A stretch of 64,000 nt of DNA from Eledone cirrhosa (Eukaryota), in NCBI GenBank assembly GCA_964016885.1, contig OZ024742.1:23684001-23748000 (forward strand). Reading direction: 5' to 3'. Positions 13,013-27,700 of the stretch are shown here, in pieces. Position 1 is the stretch's first letter, and each line of letters begins with the position of its first letter. The notes beneath the pieces were generated by a model that saw only the letters and a list, made by a program, of their open reading frames with translations, ran no database searches and was not told where the DNA came from. The position numbers were made by a program, and so were the translations under genes.

Positions 13013-13385
13013 AGCAAATTAATCATAAGGTATTGGTCGACACTTTCATCCAAAGTGCCACGAATGGGACTGAACAAGAGACAACGCTTTTGTGAAGAAA
13101 ACCGTCGTAACCATACAGTCCTGCCCTCTCGCTGGTGTCAGATAGAGAAAGATAGGGATTGATAGTGAGAGATAAAGAGAGATAGAATACCCAACATAAC
13201 AGATCAAAGAATTAAAGGTGCATCATATTACCATGTGTGGGAGAAGGGAGAGGTTTCATCTGTGATTGAAATTGAGAGGGTGGAACTTAGTATTAATCTG
13301 TGTTATTTGGCGAGATGAAAGGCGGAGTCTGATATTAATATGAGTGGTTAAAATCGGGAGGGTGGAGTTTTATATGAATAAATAT

Positions 13386-13570
13386 AATTGTTTCTACTTT
13401 GGACACAAGGTCAGCAATTACCCAGTAAATTACTGGTACTTTATTTTATCGACCCCGTAAGGATGAAAGGCAAAGTTAACCTCGGCAGGATTTGAACTCA
13501 GAATGGCAAGGGCCCTAATTCTATGCGTCAAAGCATGGCGTCCGACCCTCTACAGATACTGCCAATTCAT
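13386..13570 (-). mobile_element. SINE family A
   Basis: Reverse complement of family A, full length. Confidence 0.9.
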
Positions 13571-13914
13571 AATAAAGAAATGAAGGGGGGAATCATAGAT
13601 TATTGTATGTGATTAAGCGACAGGAAGGGCGGAGTTTCATGTTAATGCCTGAATGTTACCGATTGAGTGATGGAGAGGGAGGGATCTCTCATGCTAATTG
13701 ATATATGTGGTAAAGGAGGAGTTTCATACAGATTTATATGGCAAGGGTCGAGACTCCTGTTAATGTATGAGACCGAGAGAGTGATAGAGAAGGAATAATC
13801 CCATTCTAATGTATGTGGTAAAGGAGGAGTCTCATAATAATGTATGTGGTAAAGGTGGAACCTCTTGTTAATGCATGGGATTGACAGAATGAACAGTTTT
13901 CGTATTAATATTTA

Positions 13915-14037
13915 ATGCCAGTATTGGTAGAGCGTCGAACACCATGCTTTGCGTTATATAATTACGGCCCTTTACATTCTCAGTTCAAATCCCGCCGAGT
14001 TTAGCTTTGCTTTTCGTCATTAGGGGTCGATAAAATA
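13915..14037 (+). mobile_element. SINE family A (3' truncated)
   Basis: gccagtattggtagagcgtcgaac...cagttcaaatcccgccgag...ggggtcgataaaa. Confidence 0.8.
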
Positions 14038-14224
14038 ATGTTATTCATGTAATCTAACAATACTTCATTTGTGGAATGGATCATCGTCTGTTTCGGGGAT
14101 GAATGTTCCAAATGTTTGATCAAAGGTACAGCCCGTTCATAGAATTAACATATAAGTTGGTTGGAAATTCCATCAACACATGTAATGTTAACAAAGTTCT
14201 CAAGGATATTCAGCGTGGTGAACT

Positions 14225-14432
14225 GTGTGACAAGGTTGGCCCTTTGAATTACAGGAACAGACATCACCCCTACGGATTTCCAAACAGTTTCCGTTCACCT
14301 ACATTTTCTCACGAAGCATGAATTGACTCATTGTTTTGCGGTAAGTGTCATTTACTCAAGATGGCATGTAGTGGGATGAACCCGGGACTTAATGATTAGC
14401 AAGTGAACTTCTTAACCATTCGGCAATGCCGT
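14225..14432 (-). mobile_element. tRNA-derived SINE (family C)
   Basis: Homologous to 44628-44830 (aaggttggccc...cagtttcc...caagatg...ttcggc(a/c)atgcc head). Confidence 0.6.
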
Positions 14433-14702
14433 GTTCACGCTGAGTACTGCTCAGTAATGGTATGGTTTGATACGGTCATATAACTCTTGCGAGAGCTGTA
14501 GGGACGCCGTAGTCGCATACGGCATTTGAAGGACATTTTAAAGTTTGACGGAACCCATCCCCTTCTCCAGGTCGGAACACGGTAGTTTTCTTCCAGATAA
14601 CGATAGAGAGTGAGAGAGAGAGGAAGTGAGAAAGAGACATAGTTGAAAAATCAACACCCCTAGTATTTGACTGGTATTTTTTCATTGACCTTGAATGGAT
14701 GA

Positions 14703-15230
14703 AAGGTAAAGTTGACCTCGGTGGAAGGTAAAATTGACCTCGGTGGAAGGTAAAGTTGACCTCGGTGGAAGGTAAAGTTGACCTCAGTGGAAGGTAAAGT
14801 TGCCCTCGGTAGAAGGTAAAGTTGACCTCGGTAGAAGGTAAAGTTGATCTCAGTGGAAGGTAAAGTTGACCTCGGTGGAAGGTAAAGTTGATCTCAGTGG
14901 AAGGTAAAGTTGACCTCGGTGGAAGGTAAAGTTGATCTCAGTGGAAGGTAAAGTTGATCTCAGTGGAAGGTAAAGTTGACCTCGGTAGAAGGTAAAGTTG
15001 ATCTCAGTGGAAGGTAAAGTTGACCTCGGTGGAAGGTAAAGTTGATCTCAGTGGAAGGTAAAGTTGATCTCAGTGGAAGGTAAAGTTGATCTCAGTGGAA
15101 GGTAAAGTTGATCTCAGTGGAAGGTAAAGTTGATCTCAGTGGAAGGTAAAGTTGCCCTCGGTAGAAGGTAAAGTTGATCTCAGTGGAAGGTAAAGTTGAC
15201 CTCGGTGGAAGGTAAAGTTGACCTCGGTGG
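14703..15230. repeat. 22-bp minisatellite, 24 copies (aaggtaaagttga[c/t]ctc[g/a]gt[g/a]g), expanded inside a minus-strand SINE
   Basis: 528 bp equals 24 x 22. The unit matches the SINE A body segment, and SINE sequence continues on both sides. Confidence 0.95.
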
Positions 15231-15553
15231 AATTTGATCTCAGAGTTGAGAGACACAACAAATACTTCAAAGCATTCTATCCGACGTATTATCAACTCGG
15301 CCAATCCACCATCTACTGCTTAGTAAAGAAATGCTAAACAATAACATGAAGTGCCCGAGCATTCCGCAGAAGTGTTGCTCAGTTCTACATAACAACCATA
15401 CAGTCAAGTGAAAGAACATCAATACTAACACAGACAGACATCTGCCTGTAGCCATAACTACACGCTAGATGGCGTCTCTGTCGGACTATTAACTCACAAT
15501 GACAGTCATTCTGACTGGCTTCTGATTCACCACAATATATATCAGCCACCATA

Positions 15554-15554
15554 T

Positions 15555-15638
<84 letters not shown>

Positions 15639-15690
15639 CACTGTTGCTGCTGTTGCTACTAATACTACTGTTACTGTTGCTCCTACCACA

Positions 15691-15734
<44 letters not shown>

Positions 15735-15735
15735 A
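15554..15735. repeat. (ACT)n microsatellite
   Basis: Direct reading. Confidence 0.95.
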
Positions 15736-16084
15736 TTATCTGCTGGAGCTTAAAAGTGAACCTCTTCCTGTCGTTCAACCCGATAGAGATGACAATGAAA
15801 TCTTCCTCACACCACAGCCCGCCACCTTAGTTAACAACACATTTAGAAATGTGTTCTTATGTTAGCTAAACAAAGTATAAAATCTGTATAGTCATGGTTA
15901 GAATGATTATGATCAGAGGTCTAACTGGTCACAGTTGACCTATGGCTAAACAGCAGTAACTGTTATACGTCTCCCCTCACACCATGGAGGCAGCATGGCC
16001 GAATAGATAAAACGTTCCCTTAGGTCTTCGGTTGCCAGATCAGTTTTATAAAACGGAGTACAAAATTCTCAAAAAGTAGAGGGT

Positions 16085-16540
16085 TGTTTTAGAAAGTACC
16101 CTAAAATATAAATGTTACTGGGTTTTTTTAGAAAAACCCTAAAGTATAACTTTTACTAGGTTGTGTTAATAATGATTTCTAGTATAGGCAGAAGGCCAGT
16201 AATTTGGGAGGAGGGGAAAGTCGATTAAATCGACCCCAGTACGTTACTAGTGCTGTATTTTATCAACCCCGTAAGGATGAAAGGCAAAGTTAACCTCGGC
16301 GGGATTCGAAATCAGACTGTAGAGGGCCGTAACTCTATGCTGCAAAGCATGGAGTCCGACACTCGACCGATATTGCTAATCCACCACCCTATTTCACGCG
16401 TTAATAACTCTAAAATATAAGTTTTACTAGGTTGTATTAGAAAACGCCCTAAAATATAAGGGGTATTGGCATGTGATAGAAAGAACCCTAAAATACAACT
16501 TTTACTGGTTTGTGTTCGAAAGAACTATAAAATATAAGCT
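16085..16540. repeat. Degenerate ~41-bp minisatellite (gaaa..accctaaaatataa.ttttact.ggttg) interrupted by a SINE
   Basis: Units near 16092, 16132, 16405, 16440, 16480 and 16520. Confidence 0.6.
16174..16390 (-). mobile_element. SINE family A
   Basis: Reverse complement of family A. Confidence 0.9.
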
Positions 16541-16936
16541 ACAGCCGTCATCCGCAATTGAGTATGAGTATGTACAATGGTTTTACAATAGGTCTTAAGT
16601 GCCGGTCTATAAAAAGAAAAAAAAAACATTACCAGTCTTGTACTGGTGTTGATTCTTCCACTGTATCTCTTTCTCACTTCTATCCTTCTCTGGAAAAATT
16701 CTGCTCAATTCAGAGGTGGAGAGGGATGGGTTCCACCAGGCTTAAAAATCCCCACGAAATGCTGTATAGCATTACGACACCCCTACGACTCTTCCAGGAG
16801 TAACAGGACCATGGCATACTGTCACAGGTATCCTCTTAATACCCACTCGGTGGAACAGCAAGGATATTTATATCTTGAAAGACAGAAGGCTGTTTGTCAT
16901 TGGGTTGCCTGGTACATGTCTTGTCAATACGGAAAT

Positions 16937-17072
16937 AATTGTTTCTACTTTAGGCACAAGGCAAGCAATTACCCAGTATATTACTAGTACTTTATTTTAT
17001 TGATCCATAAGGATGAAAGGGAAAGTTAACTTGGACGGGATTTGAACTCAGATCGTAAAGGGACATAACTAT
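16937..17072 (-). mobile_element. SINE family A (5' truncated)
   Basis: Tail and body of family A on the minus strand. Confidence 0.8.
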
Positions 17073-17222
17073 GAAAGGAAAAGTGGGACTCAGCAGGATT
17101 TGAACTCGAAACACAGAAAACAAATATCCAATACTCTGTCAAATATCCAACTTCCCTGTCAAATCGATTTCATTTACACACACACGCACAGACACACAGA
17201 CACACAGACACACACAACACAC

Positions 17223-18810
<1,588 letters not shown>

Positions 18811-18950
18811 CAGGATTACATAATAAATAGAATATGATGTAATTCTAACATACTGCCTTCTTGTTCATTATTATCTGTGTGCGCGTGTACATATATATAT
18901 ATATATACACACACACATATATATACACACACATATATACGGGCATATAT

Positions 18951-18983
<33 letters not shown>

Positions 18984-19607
18984 ATGTCATATACCATCAT
19001 CAATATATATATATATCGAAGCTGGAACCAAACAAGTGTCTACTTCACTAAGAATATGAAGAATATGACTAATATATCTATATATATCTGCACATATTTC
19101 CTTACTGATTACTATGTTGCTTACACTGAGAACAAGAAACAACTTGTTAAATCAGTATATTCTCACACAATAATTATTGTTTGTGTTAATATTATCCTAC
19201 AAACTATTTTGCCATGAGATTTCAACATTTAACTTACCCCTTAATTACACACACCGGAAACGGTATATGGTTAGTGAATACACTTTATATATATTTTCTC
19301 AACTTTGTTTTCTCTAGTATATTTGTTTTGTCTTTGGTATTGTTGTTGTAACTGCTGTCGTTGTTGTTCTTGTTGTATACAACACTTGTATTTTGTGTTT
19401 TGTTTCTGTTTATATAATTTTATCCAACTTCGTTTTATTTTTATTTACAAATTTATATAAACTATTATTAATAAATTGAAAGTTTAGAAATTGAATGTTT
19501 ACTAATCTCTGTTTATAATGACAACGATGGTTTAAACTCTAATCAATTCTATACTGTTATGCAAAAATGTATTTATACAATGCAGTTATGTATGTATGTA
19601 TGTATGT

Positions 19608-19828
19608 TTTCTCTTTCTCTTAATTTCGAGTATATTTTTTTTTGACCGGCCACCTTCCTGGTGGCAAGGTTGTAAAAGAAAAGAAATTGTCATCCCTTGA
19701 ATCGCAAGAATGTTTTGCATATTTTGAAGGTGCCAGCTATCGCAGCCATTTGTAGACTATGAATTAGGGAGCTGCGCTTTTTGTCCGCAAATCCAAGTTC
19801 GGTCATACTTTGGTCCAAGCGGGTTGGT
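19608..19828 (-). mobile_element. 3' terminal fragment of an RLE-type non-LTR retrotransposon, copy 1, within (ATGT)n
   Basis: Near-identical to 19903-20120. Bounded by (ATGT)n on both sides. Confidence 0.7.
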
Positions 19829-19902
19829 ATGTATGTATGTATGTATGTATGTATGTATGTATGTATGTATGTATGTATGTATGTATGTATGTATGTATGT
19901 AT

Positions 19903-20255
19903 GTCTCTCTTTCTCTTAATTTCGAGTATATTTTTGACCGGCCACCGTCCTGGTGGCAAGGTTGTAAAAGTAAAGAAATTGTCATCCCTTGAATCGCAAG
20001 AATGTTTTGCAAACTTTGAAGGTGCCAGCTATCGCAGCAATTTGTAGACTATGAATTAGGGAGCTGCGCATTTTGTCCGCAAATCCAAGTTCAGTTATAC
20101 ATTGGTCCGAGCGGGTTGGTATATAACCCGTAGCTCCAATAATGATGGGTATGAAGCTAAAGGTGTGTCTTGGATACTGGATTTGTAAACTCCTCATCAA
20201 TGGTCCGTAGATGTCCTCCTTCTCCTGTATTTTTTTGACAACGTTTACATCAAGT
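19903..20255 (-). mobile_element. 3' terminal fragment of an RLE-type non-LTR retrotransposon, copy 2, within (ATGT)n
   Basis: Minus translation KKIQEKEDIYGPLMRSLQIQYPRHTFSFIPIIIGATGYIP...FLRFKG* has the K..Y..L and P..IG..G tail of restriction-like endonucleases. Confidence 0.7.
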
Positions 20256-21044
20256 GTATGTATGTATGTATGTATGCATGTATGTATGTATGTATGTGTA
20301 TATATATGTATGTATGTATGAATGTCTGTATATATGTACGTATGTATATTTGTATGTATATATATGTATGTATATATGTATGTATGTATGTATGTTTATA
20401 TGTATGTATAAATGTCTGTATATATGTACATATGTATACATGTATATATGTATGTATGTTTATATGTATGTATGCGTGTATATATATATGTATGTTCTTC
20501 TGGTTTTATAATTTCAAAAATGTTTACCAATAGAGAGAGAGTCGGTTTCTAACATAGACACAAGACTCTCTCATTGAATTTACACAACATCAACTAGGTA
20601 GATTATGTATGCCTGCATGCATGCATTTGTAGATATGGATGTTATTGTATGTAGGTATCTATATGTATGTGTGTGTGTGTACGTATATAATCATAGCTCG
20701 AGATACAGTCGAAGCTTAGAGTAACCCGTCCTTCTCAATCTCCTGACCACAAACGAATTTTTCCACAGTAAATCAATGGCAAAGAGTGAGAGTTGGAGTG
20801 AGAAGGACAGAAAACAAAGAATTTACCCCTGTAAAGGACTGGTACATATTTATATAGAACTCGAAAGGAGGAAAAGCAAGGTTTGTTTAGGCGGGATCTG
20901 AAATCATAGAGCATCCTATCCAATGTTTTAAGAGCCTACAAATTCCCCGCCTGTCATGCAAATATATATATATCATCAGCATCATCATCACCAGGTACCA
21001 GGTCTGTTCCAGACATCGCTGATCATGGCTCGCCTGTCCATCCA

Positions 21045-21472
21045 TATTACCACCACTTCCCCTCCACTAACAACAGCAACACCACCACCACCATCGCAAT
21101 CATTATAATTACCACCATCACTACCAGCATTACCATCAATAACAACGACACCATCACACTCACCATCAGTTCCACCATCACCACCACCATCCCCATCAAC
21201 AACAACACCATCCCCTTCACCACCACTTATAACATATCAACACTAACAACATCACCACCATCATCGTTGCCACCACCATCACCACCACCAACAACAGCAA
21301 GAACACCATCACACACAAACCATCATTCCAACCACGCCCACCACCACCATCACCAACAACAACAAGAACACCATCATCACAATTATCATCATTATCAGCA
21401 CCATCACCACCATCACCACCAACAATAGCAACACTATCCCCATCACCACCACTCTACCATCACCATTAACAA

Positions 21473-21525
<53 letters not shown>
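21045..21525. repeat. Degenerate (CAC/CAT/CAA)n trinucleotide tract ending in (CAA)n
   Basis: Direct reading. Confidence 0.9.
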
Positions 21526-21527
<2 letters not shown>

Positions 21528-21614
21528 CCCAACTAAACAATAGAATAAATACTTTAAAAAATCCTCCAAAAATCATATAACGACTTCAACATTGAAAATA
21601 ATAATTATCACAAT

Positions 21615-21820
21615 AATTGTTTCTCCATTACGCAAAAGGCCAGACATTTGAAGATGAGGTAAGGTCGATTAAATCGACTCCAGTGCGATACTGGTACTCT
21701 ATTTAAGGATAAAACGCTAAGCTAACCGTAGCGGGATTTGAACTCAGAACGTAAAGGGATGTAACTCTGTGCAACAAAGCCTGGTGTCCGACGCTCTACC
21801 GATATTGCCAATTCTCCAAC
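21615..21820 (-). mobile_element. SINE family A (diverged)
   Basis: gcgggatttgaactcagaacgtaaaggg...ccgacgctctaccgatattgccaat. Confidence 0.8.
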
Positions 21821-22346
21821 CTGCACAATTATAATAATGGTATGTTTTATTGCCAGAAGGTTGAGAGATAAATGGATGGTATAGAACAAGAAATACATAT
21901 AATAAATTAATATAACTCTATCATTAAAAAGAATGATACTACATATGTATTCTTGTAATATAAGAAACAAAATATCAAGTGTAGAAGTATTTCCCCTGCA
22001 GCAAAGCTTATAACAAATTGCTCTTTCTCTATACAATTTTTTCAAGCTAGTTTTTTTACATAAACAAATTTTTAATATGAGAAGCCTTCTGGAAGGAAAT
22101 AAGGATTCTGAAATACCCTTTCTGCCTGAGCCTACATTATTATGAAGTAAATCTCAAATAAGAAATGCTTCTCACCGTACACTGGTAAAGGTTTCTTTTC
22201 ACTGTTAATACCTCTTCAGGCATCTCATTATACATGAGCTGCGAAAGTGGTTTGTATTGCTAGGATGTTAAAAGATTAACACATGTTTTATTCTATGTCT
22301 TTGTGTTGTCTGTAACAAACACAGATGCACACACACACACACACAG

Positions 22347-22439
<93 letters not shown>

Positions 22440-22699
22440 CTGAGTTTTTCGAATATTAGTATAACATTCGATTCGTTTGCAATTATGCAAACACTCTTTC
22501 ATAAGCCATGTCAGTAGAATGAGCCGCTCATTCTCGCTCTTGTGCTGGCATGCAAGCAGAACTGCAGACACTCATGTTTCTGGGTGATTACCCTGCATCA
22601 GTGCAGTTTACTGCTTACCTGCAAACTGTCCGAGAATGAAGGACCATTCTACTGACATGACTTTGAGGTGCTTCAGTTTTCATGATACTTTGTTTCCTG

Positions 22700-23330
22700 T
22701 GCGGAGCTTAGAGTAGACATCAGTATTCAAGATCAGGTGTCAGGAAAAAGTAGACAAGAAAATGATAATGGTGTGGATAACTTTCGACTTGAAAGTTCTG
22801 TGAATCGAGGAATACATTCTGTGGGCCATGTCAACTTTAATGTTTATATGAGTGGCCCAGGCTATGTTGTTATCAACAATTACTCCAATTACTGATGTTG
22901 TTGGATGTCACGAGTGTTTCACCTGAATGAAAGGAATATGAGAATTTCAGTGCATCTCTTTTTCCAAAGTGGATTAATTCGAATTTATCCTCGTTCAGCA
23001 ACATATTGGGGTTTCTTTCGTCCATTGGATAACAAAAAGTAGATCTGATTGAAGGCATGTGCGGTCATCCATTCCATTGAGGACCTTCTGGGGCTTCGAA
23101 TCATCTGCAAATATTCTGATGATGCTGTGCTTGATCACGTCAGTAATGTCATTGATATAGATAATGAAACTAAATGGGTCCAACACAGTGCCTTGCGGAA
23201 CTCCACTACTGACTTTGGCTATGTTGAGCTATGTCTGTCAGGAAACATTTGATCCATTGCAGTAACTTTCCAGAAACCAATGTTGGATAGTTTTTTTCAG
23301 TAGAATGTTGTGATGAACATTACAGAAACT
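22700..23330 (-). pseudogene. Degenerate CR1/L2-like LINE reverse transcriptase fragment
   Basis: SGVPQGTVLDPFSFIIYINDI...RIFADDSK...LQSDL...W...LNEDKFELIHFGK. Frameshifted. Confidence 0.8.
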
Positions 23331-23463
23331 CATGTTGGTTGGAGTTCAGCAGATTGTTGCTTGTGTGTGTATGAATATGCATATGAATATGCATGTATGT
23401 AAATGTATACACACACAAACACACACACACACATATACACACACACACCAATATATATATATG

Positions 23464-23504
<41 letters not shown>

Positions 23505-23534
23505 CACTTTACTTTATATATAATTATTTATATA

Positions 23535-23614
<80 letters not shown>

Positions 23615-24505
23615 TATCTAACATATATGCATACATATTTACATCTTAAAAACAGGAATATATATCCATATAAATATATATAGAGTGGCGTCATTTGAAA
23701 ACGAAACAATTGTATGAAGATGATTAAAGATTACTTCCGTTTATTTAATCACAATTCGAACTATCTCTAACTACAAAGAGAATTTCTATTCTTAAATAAT
23801 TTAAGTTTAAATTGAAATATTTTAGATTAGTTTAATGTAATTAATGACAGTATGAATAACGTGTCAACAATAATTGTCATTTCATTCCATATGGTTTAAA
23901 ACTGGCATGGGCAATGGGTCTTTTAGCAGTAAACCGTATAGCGTGTAGTTCGTTCAAAGGCGGCCGCACTACTAAAACATTTCTTTTCCTCTTTGCTCTC
24001 TTATTATTGGGAGGGTCGTGGGAGCCCAGTCCTCAATCACGCTTTCCATCCAGACTTGTCAGAAGCAACCCTCTCCACTTTTTCCAGATGAAACTCCAAG
24101 CGAGATCAGCCAAGCTCATGGCTGTTATATAGCCATCTTACTCGAAGTCAACCACTGGCTCTCCTGCCAGTTGGTATTTGCCCGTAAGGGGAATTTTGAA
24201 AATAGGCGTGCCATTTACAAAGGCAGATTGGACTGCCGTTTGCCAATGATTAGTTTAAAGTATATAACTATTTACAAATAAAATGAAATATCTACATAAA
24301 AGATTGAAGATAATAAACTCCTATGACACTTATATTTTGTCCAATTAATAGAAACATATACGAAACGTTGTAACTATTAAAATCAGGATCATGTAGTAAG
24401 GGAATTTCTTCAATTATATAAGCACATACATCACTTTATTCTGGATCTATTTAGTCTTCTTCTTCTTTTTCTTCTTCATCTTCCCCTTTATTATTATTAT
24501 TATTA

Positions 24506-24671
24506 TGGCAGTATCGGTAGAGGGTTGGACGCCATGCATAGAGTTACGGCCCTTGCCATTCTGAATTCAAATCCCGCCTAGGTTAACTTTGCCTTTCGTC
24601 CTTACGGGTCAATAAAATAAAGTACCAGTAATGCACTGGATTAATTGCTGGCCTGGTGCCAAAAGTAGAAA

Positions 24672-24672
<1 letters not shown>
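24506..24672 (+). mobile_element. SINE family A inserted in (TTA)n
   Basis: Family A sequence with (TTA)n on both sides. Confidence 0.85.
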
Positions 24673-24723
<51 letters not shown>

Positions 24724-24724
<1 letters not shown>

Positions 24725-27700
24725 TGCATTTATCTTGCTTTATGTTTATACGAGTTATCACCAAGTCACAACCAGTGACCTCAAGAGACAACAAGGTCCG
24801 CCATGTTCAAGAAAGAACACACATATTCACACATGCATCCTTAGTGTTTAGACTTGTGATGTACTTATATTGACAGGATCTTCCTTAGTATATGGGCAGT
24901 TCCCATTAGTACTATCTTTTGTATTTCTCCTATACGCGGGTTTCCTGGGATTTGCGATAAGTAGTCGTTAGACCCCTTAGGTATCATTCCCAGAGCGCCT
25001 ACAACCACTGGTATTGTTTTAGTTCTCAATTTCCACATTTTTCCAATTTCTATCTCCAGGTCCTTATACTTGCTCAATTTTTCAAATGTTTTTATAGATA
25101 CATTCTTGTCTATTGGAACAGACATATCAATTAGCAGGCATACCCTCCTTTGAAAGTCCTTCAATATTATATCAGGTCTATTTGCATCTATTTTTCGGTC
25201 TGTTTGGATGCTAAAGTTCCACAAGATTGAGATGTGATCTTTTTCAAGTATGGGAGGTGGTTGATGCTCCCACCAATTCTTTTGATGGGGCAGGTGAAAA
25301 TGCTTGCACATTATCCAATGTATGTATTGTGCAGCTCTGTCATGCCTGTTTAGGTATTCGGTTGGAGCTATAGGACTGCACATTGAAATTATATGGTCAA
25401 TGGTCTCTGGTTGTTTTTTGCATACACGGCATAATGGGCTGCACCCATTTTTTATTATGTTGGCTTGGTAATTTTTTGTTGGCAGACACTGATCTTGTGC
25501 GGATATAATCAGTCCTTCAGTCTCCGATTTCAGTCCAGAGGATGCCAACCACTGATGGGTTAAAGTTTTGTCAACATCAGGATTGTTAGCTCGCTCTGGG
25601 TATTTTCCATACAGAGGCTTTTCTTGCCATTTCTTAGCCAGTTTCTGTAGCAGTTCTTTCTTTGCAGTTACTTTTACCTGCTTTGCTTTTTCTGTGTTTT
25701 CCATTTCAGCAGTAAATGGGACTTATGAAATTTGTAGTCCATTACTGTATCTTTGTGCATCTTTGTAATGGAATATGATCTTTTGGTGCTTTCGTGTTTC
25801 AAAACGAGTTTGATCATCCAATCATGTGATTCCCTTAGATATGTGGATAATCCAATTGTTGCAGTTTTCAACGCAATGTCTAACTGGATTAACCCACGTC
25901 CTCCTTCTTTCCTAGGGAGATATATTCTATCTATGTCTGCCTTAGGGTGATGCATTCTGTGCATGGTTAAGAATTTTCGGATTTTTGTATCGAGCCTACG
26001 GATCTCTGTGCTTGACCAGTTGATGACATTGTAACTGTAGGTTACTACTGGTATGGCAAGCGTGTTTATGGCATCGATCCTATTCCTTGCATTCAATTCC
26101 GTTCTTAAGATTGCTCTGACTCTGCGGTAACATTCCTTCCTTATCCTTTCCCTCATTGTCGAGTGCTTGATTCCGTCTCCTTCACAAACACCTAGATATT
26201 TCTAAGTTTGTTCTTCATCAAGCTCTCTTATCACGTTCCCCCGATCAAGATTAATGTCTGAACTCTTCAGCAGCTTTCCTCTGGTGAACGTTGCTTTGGC
26301 GCATTTATCTAGTCCAAACTCCATTTTAATGTCATCACTGAACTGCTTCACAGTGGATAATAGCCCTTGCAATTGTTCATCATTTTTTGCAAATAGTTTC
26401 AGGTCATCCATGTAGAACAGGTGATTAATGGTTTTGTCATAGACTCTATATCCATGTTTTGTTTCATTGAGCATTTTACTTAATGGTATAAGTGCGATGC
26501 AGAATAAAAGCGGTGATAAAGAGTCACCCTGAAAAATTCCACAATTAATGTTAACTTCTCCAGCTTCCAGTGATTTTGTTTCACTATTCAAAAGGAGTGT
26601 CGTTCTCCATGTCCTCATACTGAATGACAAAAACCTCCTGATAACGGGGGATATTTTGAAAATCTCTAAACATTTTTCAATCCAACTGTGTGGCAAACTA
26701 TCAAATGCTTTTTTATAATCTATCCAAGCAATCGATAGATTTTTGTGTCTATTATGACAATCTTCCAGTATCATTTTGTTAACCAGAAGCTGATCCTTAC
26801 AGCCATATGAGCCTCGTTTACACCCTTTCTGCTCAATGGGAAATAGGTCATTTGTTATCAGGTGGTCATATGTGTAGTCAGTTAGGACTGATGTTAAAAT
26901 TTTATACATTGTGGTCAAGCAGGTTATCGGTCTGTAATTTTTGGGATTGTTTGTCTCATCATTCTTCGGTAGCAGGAATGTAATGCCGTTAACTAGCCAT
27001 GATGGTATCTTTTCTGGCTCCTTAACTATTTCATTGTAAAGTTGGGCTAACAGCTCATGAGACTCTGTGAAGGCATTTATCCAAAAGTTTTGTATTTTGT
27101 CTTTTCCTGGGGATTTCCATTTGCTGGTTTTTCTTAGAGCCAAGCGCAGCTGTTCAACTGTTATATTTTCCCATGTTTGTTCTTCAAGGTGAGCTGTTTC
27201 TTTCATTTGTCTGTCTATCTATGGGGCATGTATGTTATGAACTTTTTCTTCGGCCCAGATCTTTTCCCAGAATTCTTGCACTTCCTCCTTGGGTGGTATT
27301 GATTTAGCAGTTATTGTTGACTTACCAATTTTTCTGTAGAAGTTTCTTTGGTTGTTTTTGAACATATTATTGTCCTTATAGAATCTAGATCGTTTTTCAA
27401 AGCGCCTTATACGAGCAGCTTTGGCCGACACTTTTTGCTTGATTGTTTCTATCAGCATGTCTATGTCACATGTTGATCTTATACTGTACTTTTTTTTCAA
27501 TTTTCTAAGTTTAGTTTGTTTAACATGTTCACCTACTTTATAGTTTGTTAAAATTTCTATGTCAGATCGGAGAAGGTTTATTTGGCGATTGATGTTATCT
27601 TGCCAAGTAGATTTCTTGTGGGAATTCCTTTGTTTTTTCATCTTCACTCCACATAAGTGAGTGGTGACTTTAGCCGATGCATAATAGAGATGATTTAAGT

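Noticed and set aside
14703-15230. CRISPR-like regular array
   Set aside because: Units are contiguous with no unique spacers, derive from a SINE, have no cas genes nearby, and the context is eukaryotic.
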